The notes under the pieces are model-generated. The model had not been told where the DNA came from and did no database searches. It saw only the letters and a program-made list of their open reading frames with translations. The translations under genes and the position numbers were made by a program. A DNA stretch of 64,000 nucleotides from Yuukianura sp. NJ FZ-2021 (lineage: Eukaryota): contig CM102284.1 of NCBI GenBank assembly GCA_046563655.1, positions 7,068,001 through 7,132,000 of the forward strand, given 5' to 3'. Shown here piece after piece: positions 36,501 through 44,100 of the stretch (the stretch's first letter is position 1; every line of letters starts with the position of its first letter).

Positions 36501-39500
36501 AGCTGAAAAGGCTTTCCAAACCCTCAAAGACAAATTGACCTCAGCCCCTGTCTTAGCGTTTCCTGATGAGGAAGCGGAGACAGCGGTTCATTGCGACGCG
36601 TCAGGACTTGGTTTTGGTGCTACGTTGACCCAGATGCAAGATGGACAAGAAAGAGTTGTTGCCTATGCGTCCCGTGCCCTTTCCCCCTCCGAATCCAAAT
36701 TTGGTACTCCCCAGCTCGAAATGAAAGCGTTCGTTTGGGCAGTTGAAAAATTCCGTCCCTATCTCTACGGCCGACACTTCAAAGTTGTTACAGACCACCA
36801 TTCCCTCTGTAACATGCTAAAATTCAAAGATCCGTATGGACAAATCTCCCGTTGGTCCCTAGCCCTCCAACCCTACGACTTTACGGTGATACATAGAAAC
36901 GGAAGAGTTCACACAGACGCGGATCCCCTTTCCCGTAACCCCGTTGACCCAGCCCCATCCGACACTGACCATTTAGCGATTGAGCACCATTTGTTGGCGC
37001 TCAACGTTTCCCCAGATGCCCCCCGAAGAGTTCGTGACACCAAACTTCGTGAGCTCCAACTTAAAGAGCCGGATTGGTCACCGATAATCGAGTATCTTAA
37101 AGCCGAGCAGTCTGGTAAACAACATTCCCTTAAAGAGCCGAAATACGTACGTGAGTATAGCCTACGAAATGGTGTCTTATACAGAATTAATTATTCCGAG
37201 TTTGGTAACTTGTGGCGTTTAGTTCTTCCTAAGTCCCTTAGAAAATCCACCATGGAATCGGCGCATACAGACTCCCTAAGTCACCTCGGACTCCACAAAA
37301 CTTGGCATTTACTCCGTTCCCGCTTCTTCTGGCCTCGGATGTACCGTGACGTTGTCAAATTCGTCAATTCGTGTCACGAATGCCAAATCCACAATCGTCG
37401 GTACTTTCCCCTTCCCCCAAATAGCGTCGGTCTTGACGTTCCCTCTGTCCCCTTCCAATCCCTAGCGCTGGACTACATTGGCCCCTTCCCCTTAACGGCG
37501 AGAAGAAACACGTACATCTTGACCATTGTTGACCTCCACACCCGCTATGTGGAAGCCTGGCCAGTCCCCGCAGCAACTTCTGCTCACGCCATCAAGGTCC
37601 TGACGAAACATGTCCTCTACCGACACGGAGTCCCCAAAATCCTTCTCTCCGATCGTGGTTCGGTTTTCCAGTCGGAAGAATTCGCTGAATTCTGTAACCA
37701 CCACGCCATTGAACACCGCAGTACGACTTCCTATCATCCCCAGTCAAATGGCGTTTGTGAGCGTCACAACGGCACTGTCAAATCCGTCATAGCGAAATTC
37801 GTTTCCGACAATCACAAAGATTGGGACCTCCACGTTCCCCGTGCCGTCTTCTCCCTGAATTGTTCCGTCCACAAAACTACGACTTTCTCTGCGTACTTCT
37901 TGGTTTACGGTCGTGAGCCTGTTCTTCCTGTTGACAAGCTCTTCCTTTTGCCCCCTGACGAGTTACCCCAAGACGATTATTTAGATCGTTTATTTGAGGC
38001 AAATAATGTCGCTCATGAGCTGTCTCGAGAACAACAAATCTTTCGTGCCCAAGCCCAAACGCAAGTCCACTACCCTAAATATGTCGTCGGGATGAAAGTC
38101 CTTGTCAGAAATTTCCAAAGGAAAAAGTCCCATGTCAAAAAGTTCACCCGCAAATGGAATGGTCCCTACAAAATTTTAGAAGTCTACGCAAACTCCACCG
38201 TTCGTATCACTTCCCTTGTCCCCCATAAGCCCTACGAGACAGTTGTCAACATCCAGCGTTTAAAACCCTATAGGACGCGTGAGGAAAGCTCCTCTGCGTC
38301 AGCGGTCCGGGTGCCCTTTGTGGCGGCCCGTGAGGAGCCTACCTCCTCATACAGAGTGATAATGTACATCCATCTTTCATGCTAAAACAGAGTATGGTTT
38401 CGGAATTTGGAAGGAATAGGAAGTTGAAAACAGTTTAGGGTAAATACGTACGAATCAATGGTGACGAGGATTGGTTTAGGAAAGGTCAAGGAGGTCAATG
38501 GGGTACAGGACTTCTCAATCCACCTTCGTACAGCTTGGTAAAGCGTCTTCAAGGAATTCTGTGAATGTTCGAATCTCAATTAATCAAGGTGAAGAGTACG
38601 CTGGATATTTGAACAAATACCCAGGTAAAATTATAAGCATAAATATGTATAAAATCAACTGTTCCCTATGTAATAATAATATGCTTAAGTTTGCTATATT
38701 TGTACTTATACAATTTCTATAAGAATTAAACTTTGTTATGGGTTAAGAGCCTCATCGGTGCCAAATCGTTTTGAGCTTTGTTTTAGGTTCGCACCCTTTA
38801 TTTTTGTCTTTAATTGTCACCGAAGGATTTTTTCCAATTTTTTGGTTTTTGTTATTTTATAATTTTTTTTTCTTCGTGTAAGTTTTTTTTTACTTGACTT
38901 CTTTAAGTTTGAAAAAATGGCGCTGTCACTTCAATTAATAATCCATACCAGCATAAATATGTATAAAATCAACTGTTACCTGTGTAAGAAACTTCGTTTT
39001 AATTAATGATTTAGATTTTAACATTTTTATTTTATTTTGCTTAGTTTAGTGTTAGTGTTTAACGATAAAGTTTGTACTCTATGCACTATCTAAGCTAGCA
39101 TTTACGTGACTCAATAACTTCCTGACATCGTTTGAGTTCGTCGAGTGCTTCCAGATGGCATGGAGTGAATGTTGCCGTTGTGAGTAGCTTGGTTATATCC
39201 AAACTGGAAATCGCCACGCCATTAAGAGTTTTGCCTCTGCTAAGTAACACGTAAGCTATTGCCTTCGCGAACAACGACTTGCCCAAGTTAGTGACAGCCT
39301 TTTCGCAAGTTACACCCTGCATCTTGTGGGTATTTATGGACCAGGCTGCAATGATTGGAAGCTGCTTTCGTTGAATCTTGGTCTGATGATTGGCAAAAAA
39401 CTCAACCCTTGCTGGTGTAATAGTGCATTCATTGTTACTTGAACCACGGATTTCATGATCAAATTTAATTGTGATTGATTCTGGCATATCGTCCTCCGTC

Positions 39501-41198
39501 AGTGGCTTTTCACGAAGTGCTGGCCAACGAATTCTAGTAATAGTTCCCGTAGCTCCATGGACGATGTGATTTGGAAATCGAATTCACCACGCAGAGTTTG
39601 GATTTGATGAGTCATTTCGTACCGCTTGCCCTGTTTCGGGTGCATCGTCTTGTCACAAAAGTTGCAAGGAGTGGTGGAAAAGACACTGATTTGCTTTTCA
39701 TAAGATTGGCGTAGTGTTATTCCAATTCTTGCATCATTTGTTCCCTCCATGGTCGCCTTTAAAATTCCGAATTGTAAGTTTCCAAACAATTTAAGCTATA
39801 TTTGTTGTTACGTTTTCAGTTGCTCTTTGGTCCTGGTTATGAGAGGTTGCATTGTCTTGAAGTGGGGCACATTTTTTGTTTAACTTCGCTCGTTTTAGAT
39901 TTGTATGGCGGAGATTTGCATCAACTTGCATATCTGCAAACCAAAATATTAAACGACGATACCCGTAGTTTCAAATTTGAAACATTACCTGTTCCATTAT
40001 TTCTTCGTTTTAATGCCCGATAACACTTGTCACAAACTCTGGTCGCTTGGAATTAAAACGGCTTGGACCGTTCGGAATTATTTTTCCATTGGTTGCAAGC
40101 TCCGCATTTCCAGTTGAGCATATTACATTGTGAGCTTTCGACAGCATCCATGGTGCACAATTGCATTCTAAGTTATCCGAACTGTACTAATTTAACTTAT
40201 TCGAACTGTAGTAACCTAACTTTGTAATTTATCTTTATGGCAATGGGGCTGTTGGTACGATATAGACAAAAACTGCATATAACAGGTATGAATGTTGCCA
40301 AACATATTGCAGCGAAAGGAAGTGGCAACTTGTTACTCAGAAATGTTAAAATGGTTGCAGAAGAATGCTTCGTTGTTATAGTGAATTTTAAAAATATCGG
40401 TTCCATTACAAAATTTTGAAATGCAATTTTCCGAAATACTTATCCGAGTTTGTGTATTTAAATACTGCAATCCTATAGGAAATTTGCTGCTGATTCATAT
40501 TTTCGTGGTCTCTAGTTGGGTCGAGCCGTATTTCCCTTAGCAACGGGCCGTAAAACCCTGTTGCGATGGAATTTGATCATTGGAAACATCACCAATCGAT
40601 TCAGAACCCTCGAAATATGTCAGATCCAAATTTTCAGATTTTTGTTAATTAAATTGCCTGAGTTATTAATTAAAAACCGGAAAAGTCGACGTTCAAATTC
40701 CATTCCTGAGGTTTACCTCATAGTAGGTTGCTAAGGGCAACCAACTAATTCGTGTTTGTTGTCACCTCAGGAAAAACAAAGCACATTTTGGAGTGACCTA
40801 GTTGTGAGTAAGGCTTGAATAATTTAAAACGCAATTGTTTTGATTGTAGAAAGTCAAAAACTAAAGCGCAGAGCATCGATTATGTTAAAAATTAATACAT
40901 ATAAAGATATGAATCATATATGAATTGTAGAAGTGAATTTATATGAAAACAACAACAGTGGGGGACTTACGTAATCTCGGAGACATTTGGCTTCTTCCTG
41001 TGCTAAGACCAGATGAACTCGGTAATTCGCATCTGAACTTGAGTTTATCTCCAGTCCTGGGGAGGTTGTGTCAAGGTCACGGTCAGAGCTGTAAGCTCTA
41101 CCGTGAGCCCTTGATGAAAAATGGCCAAGCGAAAGGAGAAAGTAAATAAAAATCGAAACTCGGACAACTTGTTGAAAAAATTCCAACTTTCTCCTCAT
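21503..41198 (-). CDS. Receptor tyrosine kinase with Cys-rich N-terminus, FN3-like ectodomain and split kinase domain (Torso-like)
   Basis: Signal-peptide exon 41198-40971 ([14 protein letters not shown]) splices in phase 0 to 27769-27716 (CRNYSSG..CEEVC). FN3-like exons ([25 protein letters not shown]); [23 protein letters not shown] at ~25150-25090; [15 protein letters not shown], ~100-aa kinase insert, [39 protein letters not shown]; Ser-rich tail. RTK identity is secure; the Torso subfamily call is inference. Confidence 0.85.
29069..29271. repeat. TTAGG-rich tandem segment bounded by short inverted repeats (MITE-like)
   Basis: About 2.5 copies of GGTTAGGTTRAAATATTARGTTASGTTAGGCTGAAATGCTAC (29102-29210). 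Bounded by GCTTCAAAGGCTTCCAAC and GTTGGTAAGCCTTTGATGC, which are near reverse complements. Confidence 0.5.
29446..29620. repeat. Left copy of ~175-bp inverted repeat
   Basis: Near-identical reverse complement of 38681-38856 (e.g. CCTTCGGTGACAATTAAAGACAAAAATAAAGGGTGCGAACC, GATTTGGCACCGATGAGGCTCTTAACCCATAACAAAGTTTA). Confidence 0.9.
29865..30486 (+). repeat. 5' LTR (622 bp, TG...TA termini)
   Basis: Begins after the TSD and ends at the sequence shared with the element's 3' end. Contains AATAAA (30345-30350), a 21-bp tandem repeat and two terminal hairpins. Followed by a PBS-like TGG. Confidence 0.85.
30229..30306 (+). repeat. 21-bp tandem repeat in LTR (CACTGGACAAGACCCACCAAG x ~3.7)
   Basis: Two exact units and two variant units read directly from the sequence. 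Confidence 0.9.
30489..30504 (+). other. Putative primer-binding site (imperfect tRNA-Pro type)
   Basis: TGGGGCCTCAGACGGG lies 2 nt after the LTR end and matches 12/16 to TGGGGGCTCGTCCGGG, the complement of the eukaryotic tRNA-Pro 3' end. Confidence 0.45.
31566..31700 (+). CDS. Retroelement leader sORF-1, 44-aa hydrophobic peptide (not in ORF track)
   Basis: [44 protein letters not shown]. Opened by the only ATG between 30489 and 31899, in strong context (gttATGg). Confidence 0.45.
   Translation: MVQPSPLLVEFFLWFCGVLVWLSLAKVTTALLVFACFWLILHRI
31900..32019 (+). CDS. Retroelement leader sORF-2, 39-aa single-TM peptide with Arg-rich amphipathic tail (not in ORF track)
   Basis: [39 protein letters not shown]. 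Preceded by a C-tract and a strong acceptor-like site (CTAAT..CTCCCTATATTCCAG, 31875). Confidence 0.65.
   Translation: MIETIVWLILVLVLTVVYEVLRTILERFLLRQLRRLFPQ
32070..32444 (+). CDS. Retroelement leader ORF-3, 124-aa multi-pass membrane protein of unknown family
   Basis: Uninterrupted ATG ORF with several hydrophobic/aromatic segments. Ends 17 nt before the gag ATG and has no internal ATG in any + frame. Confidence 0.7.
   Translation: MWNFLYWLRLSLILVLSLVGIYLGAHLIFGCYFVLTSATKSCFYGTLATVIDFLVLHLFPIYRLRQYPNEYQIFLKVLPYTEAYYYIALIVRLNHYHWSWFGPWFRTLLVIFARYQGLLVIDEY
32462..33817 (+). CDS. gag: Gag (capsid + CCHC zinc knuckle)
   Basis: [15 protein letters not shown] / GVAQSWF capsid-like region, LVRGLPP, and zinc knuckle [14 protein letters not shown]. 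Strong start context aaaATGg. Confidence 0.92.
   Translation: MVWFSTHYAPEIQPQPRQRRNSQTNTVSIPVPAPSTQCTSIPVPTSIPRPITPTPNASPRAAGSFPNAAQMVSPPQAHANQQDSRPDIKVFKYIRKYDGSSDPAEFLARYKYDLADSGFGPKGALCHFDRVVTGVAQSWFASVWPRLRERIETPNVNYEEIWNDFELRFVAHFSLRERAEELRNINKALRYKLGDNIDKYVAEKLELMSKINPYMSEESKVKRLVRGLPPDLEQSFVLQSIPTTADFQKLLRRVAEVHTRPKEVSAQVLTLHALESGNNPPPQPYYPPVGTQPAPQYPVQQPVSQYQTQTLIPAAQAAGQTQPQRRRAEDGRPICDFCSRTGHIQRYCHNWWRSQGKDPLANGCHPLKPRPTQPQGYGQFPQQPVSYAQAVAPQTSVVFKPSPGPSNAPQAAPIPQNPDDHWGPRIIQGFSAMTDLLKKIGDAIVPKPPEN
33724..38385 (+). CDS. pol: Pol polyprotein (aspartic protease, RT, RNase H, integrase with GPY/F motif)
   Basis: LCDSGAS protease; [20 protein letters not shown] and [18 protein letters not shown]ase H; H-x5-H...CHEC zinc finger, LDYIGP, SDRGSVF, SNGVCER and KWNGPY integrase. 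No internal stops. The ORF runs through the LTR remnant and stops in flanking DNA. Confidence 0.95.
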   Translation: MGSPDYPRLFSHDRSPQEDWRCHCSQAPGKLIALSLQGRQPLPVPTPTMTLPPNNAQPRTKRRKNKEPTFPIYKNLSAFGRKPSSQSPVIPQELYNKLQLALDQKLSCPKCCSHNDRTLPLVVGEASPPSPHDFPAVSRPKSRCVPSDVSVKPVVSVAIGTSDLCVFPPLNPPAVMPPPCPEFSLTSRFGIHPNNVSRVDDWVATASPDADAVSPVFPPQAPMSPDPDSDLPCGVSAANVIAALNAPKYSTFHIDVVFASTTIPVLCDSGASLCCVHPSFLTKFPSVVSNVSNVQPVRVKLSFGSYIPCDSLQSVDIEFSIAGVPFKYPFHIFPHLSNDIVIGSDFLRSERLLLDPLNERLVRGELPCTDLRNEYVLVKKSEFNALHKLSLSDPSDRDGSDPSSSPPEPPVPKPRKVKPKPPKDSPKCQPKPQSSSENSDSSNPSTLQDSEASFVDNSNLSQSATSPDFLRLARSYIINPRTMKRVSVRSDTPFTGDILISPRKELQYARHVAIGNSISHLHDGTGVTYLWNLSDRPVKLLQNISIGTFEPFAESSVICNLDEFDPVHNKSSQSSLPAHSICNFVVNDDDDAEITALRLQKRIDAFQISKTLTPEQQEKMKNFLVSNMDVFNFDPKTLGRTHLVTHKIDTGDAPPIRTHPHRTGFTERREIQKEVERLLDLGAITPSDSPWCSPVLLVKKPDNSWRFCVDFRKLNEVTRKDSYPLPRIDDTLDRLNGAKYFSSMDCDQAYYQIEVDPQDREKTSFVTPDGQYEFVVMPFGLCNAPSTWQRLIDNVLGRLKWTVALIYLDDITCFSRTFEEHLDHLSQIFSCLRRAGLSLKPKKCNFGEDSLKFLGHIISRDGISVDPAKTQAVREFPTPKNSRGVRSFVSLCSYYRRFVENFANIARPLHVLCAKTRTDPFTWPPEAEKAFQTLKDKLTSAPVLAFPDEEAETAVHCDASGLGFGATLTQMQDGQERVVAYASRALSPSESKFGTPQLEMKAFVWAVEKFRPYLYGRHFKVVTDHHSLCNMLKFKDPYGQISRWSLALQPYDFTVIHRNGRVHTDADPLSRNPVDPAPSDTDHLAIEHHLLALNVSPDAPRRVRDTKLRELQLKEPDWSPIIEYLKAEQSGKQHSLKEPKYVREYSLRNGVLYRINYSEFGNLWRLVLPKSLRKSTMESAHTDSLSHLGLHKTWHLLRSRFFWPRMYRDVVKFVNSCHECQIHNRRYFPLPPNSVGLDVPSVPFQSLALDYIGPFPLTARRNTYILTIVDLHTRYVEAWPVPAATSAHAIKVLTKHVLYRHGVPKILLSDRGSVFQSEEFAEFCNHHAIEHRSTTSYHPQSNGVCERHNGTVKSVIAKFVSDNHKDWDLHVPRAVFSLNCSVHKTTTFSAYFLVYGREPVLPVDKLFLLPPDELPQDDYLDRLFEANNVAHELSREQQIFRAQAQTQVHYPKYVVGMKVLVRNFQRKKSHVKKFTRKWNGPYKILEVYANSTVRITSLVPHKPYETVVNIQRLKPYRTREESSSASAVRVPFVAAREEPTSSYRVIMYIHLSC
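33808..33844 (+). promoter_or_regulatory. Putative -1 ribosomal frameshift signal (G_GAA_AAC + stem-loop)
   Basis: Heptamer 33808-33814 directly precedes the gag TAA. After a 7-nt spacer comes a perfect 8-bp stem GCTGTCGT/ACGACAGC. pol is in the -1 frame relative to gag. Confidence 0.75.
38306..38351 (+). repeat. 3' LTR remnant (46 bp, identical to end of 5' LTR)
   Basis: TCCGGGTGCCCTTTGTGGCGGCCCGTGAGGAGCCTACCTCCTCATA is identical to 30441-30486 and is followed by the CAGA TSD. Confidence 0.9.
38681..38856. repeat. Right copy of ~175-bp inverted repeat
   Basis: Reverse complement of 29446-29620 with few differences. Confidence 0.9.
39095..40151 (-). mobile_element. Internally deleted Helitron-like RepHel remnant (N-terminal Cys motifs + PIF1 helicase C-terminus)
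   Basis: ~39563-39095 encodes [60 protein letters not shown] (PIF1 motifs V-VI). Upstream are broken Cys motifs (KCGAC, VCDKC, PCNFC) with stops or frameshift, fused directly to the helicase tail. Rep and helicase motifs I-IV are missing. Confidence 0.7.
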
Positions 41199-44100
41199 GG
41201 TCAATTGATTGTCAAATCTGAAACACAAACACAAAGCAAATTGAGAGCAAAGGTTAAAAAACAAAAAGAAACGATGATTGAAAAGAAATCGACATTTTGA
41301 CAGAAAGATCTTTCGGCTTTGGTAACTTTTGTTTTTAGAAAATTGGAAAAGATCTTCCATTTCTAAAAATACCGCCGTCGGCAGCGCTAGACAAAATGAT
41401 AACTGTGAAATATGGAACGCTTCAGTGAAAAAGTTCTTCTTCTTTTTAAACATCACTGTCAATTTTTGCAAACCTTGCAACTCGTCGTGACCTATGACCT
41501 CCTTTACACTTTTAGCCTATTTGGATTCATTCAGCGGAAACCTATCTCTGGCCAACGTCCAAAACAAGCAACAAATAATATTTTTCATGTCAAAATCCAC
41601 TCTTAACCTGGTCTGAATTTTAAATCTTTACATCTCGTGATTAGATCTTCGCCGGTTGAGAAGCAGCTGCCTTTCACCTTACACTTTGAAAAAATGAAAT
41701 AGAAATGCAAATTGTACAATGTGAAAAAGAAATTCCCTTATGAAATTCGGTATCATCAGTTTTCGCTCTTAAATTTTTTAGAACCTCGACTCATTCAACT
41801 AAGGAAACCCACCTTTCTCCTAATTCACTTTTTCTTTAACTTTTCTTAGAACTCTGCTCTGACGTTCGTACTTTCTCTTCAATTTTTTAAAGTAAATTGT
41901 GTTCCCTCGCGCCTTGACTTACTCCCACGTTAGGTGTTATTATATGACATCGAAATATGGATTTCACGTGTGACGAGGCGTTTGGAGGTCAAAGGTCATT
42001 TTTACTTTATGTCATATAATTCCAGGGTTTCTGTTTTTTTTTTTTTGAAAAAAAAGAAGAAAAAACATGTTTTTTTTGGTTTAAACCAAAACTCAGTTTT
42101 AATGCTCCAAATGCCCATAAGCCACTAACTATAGTTAGTTAGATCTATGATTAGATGTAACTACCATCATCATCATCAGCTGGATAACAAGAGGGAACAA
42201 TCAGTAGAATACCTAACGCAAATCATTTTCAAGTGCTTGGTCATGGACATTATGAGCAATTTGAAATTTTCGAAATTTGGAATTGCACAATATCTAATTT
42301 GAGATAGAAATCAAGCGAACAACAGGTTATGTGGAAGTGGTTCAATCGAAATGTGATCACTTCAGTTCTAAAATGTGATTTTGAACAAAGGAACATCATT
42401 TGGGAGTACAAGGAAAAACAAATAATGGAAAATGACATAACCCGAGACGGAGCATAATTGAATTTTGGAGAAAGTGGAGGTTTTATATTGGAAAGTGAAC
42501 AAAGCAGTTCTAAAAGGAATCAAATTAAATTCAAAACCTCCATTTCCGAAGGCTGTTCTAAGGTCAACAGTGCGTCGTGTTGTTTAAAATTTCGCTCGAA
42601 CTTACTCAATTCAAGCAATGTCTCTTAAAGCACCCTTAAGGGAGCAAGTTTAATTGAGGAGAAAGTACTTTGATGAACGTACAGTTTTGATTCAAGAACA
42701 CTTCTCACTTTTTTATGCAGAGAAAGTTCAAATTCAAACGTGAACTGCTCAAGTGTAATTTCCTTTACTAACGTCAAATAAAGACAATTATTGCTACCAA
42801 ATTTTTTTACAAAAACTCATTTTTTTTGAAAGTTCCAAAAAAAAGTTGTTTTAAAAATCTGTTCAGGCGAATATTTTTTCGGGGAAAGCTAAATTTGTGT
42901 GAAAATTGAGAATAAAAAGGAAAAGACAAAGATAATGAGTCAAACCCAACATGAGTTGGCGGGATCCCGGAACCAACTTTAGTGTTTTTCCGTTCTTGTG
43001 TTAATTAGTTTTTTTCAAAAAACGAGAAAGCAAAGTTAGGTTTGGAAAAGGAAAGTTCTGGTGAAACAAAAAGGAGTGACAAAAAAAAATTAAAAGCAGA
43101 AGTTTAGTAAAAAGCGAAGCTTTTAATCAAAGTTTAAAGACAACGAAAGGTAAAGGATAATTAATTACAACATTTGAAACAAAAGAGTTGGATTTGCTAT
43201 TCCAAAAAACGCTGCCTTTTTCGGAGAAAGTTCAATTTTTGAAAAACGAAATTTTAGTCCTTGTTTTTAGATTCTATGAAATGTGAAGTTTTTTCCTCCA
43301 TCAAAAGTGAAAATTCAGTTTATTTTCCGAGTGAATGCATGGTGTGAGTAACTTTCGTAGGAACTTTTACTCTTAATGGTAAATTTTTTTGAAGACATGG
43401 GAATCAAACGAGGCAGAATAGTTAATGAGGTTCATAACCCGACATCAGGCATAACGAGTATGTTTTAAGTTTGGGACGTCACAGGGGTGGGGAAAAAACG
43501 TAGTTTTTGACTTAAAATATTACCAAAAAATATTTTAGCACAGAATTGCACAGATCGTGAAGAACTTGTATGGGAGTTGCAGGGAGATTGGAAGTAACTA
43601 TCGCAAGCTAGAGTTATAGTTGTGCTTTGTGCTAATTCGTTATTTGTGGAATCATGAGCCTGATTATTCCTGTACTACTTTTGTAAGTCAAGGTCAATTT
43701 AAATAAAAGTGAAGTACGAAATAAGTTTGGTTCTATTATCACGAAAATTAAATTTTGGCAAAAGTTGCAATGTACAGCCCGACGCTACAATTCATTAGAA
43801 AATGTACAGTTTTGTACATTTTTGTACAGACACACGTGTATTCTGGCACTTACAATAGGTAATTATATTGTAACCTACTAGAACCACTTTCTCCACACTA
43901 CGACTCTTAATTATGGCCTGAACAATGGATTTGTCAACGTCAAAACTCTTACTTACAGCCTTCAAATTTTATTGTTTTTCAAAGTTTCGATTGTTTTCAG
44001 TTGCGAATTTCGGTGTTGAAGTTGTTTTGTTAATTAACGGTTGGCGAAATTTGAAGAAACAAGAAATTCTTAATCTTAAATCGTCAACCGTTTTACTTCT

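Larger units (their letters stand above)
29865..38351 (+). mobile_element. Ty3/Gypsy LTR retrotransposon, intact gag-pol, 3' LTR reduced to 46 bp
   Basis: CAGA target-site duplication at 29861-29864 and 38352-38355. Terminal inverted repeats TGTGAGGAGGT / ACCTCCTCATA. Identical 46-bp ends at 30441-30486 and 38306-38351. Domain order PR-RT-RNaseH-IN. Confidence 0.93.

Noticed and set aside
33392-37737. Antisense ORFs (up to 207 aa) opposite gag/pol
   Set aside because: Shadow frames of a long coding sequence; no independent evidence.
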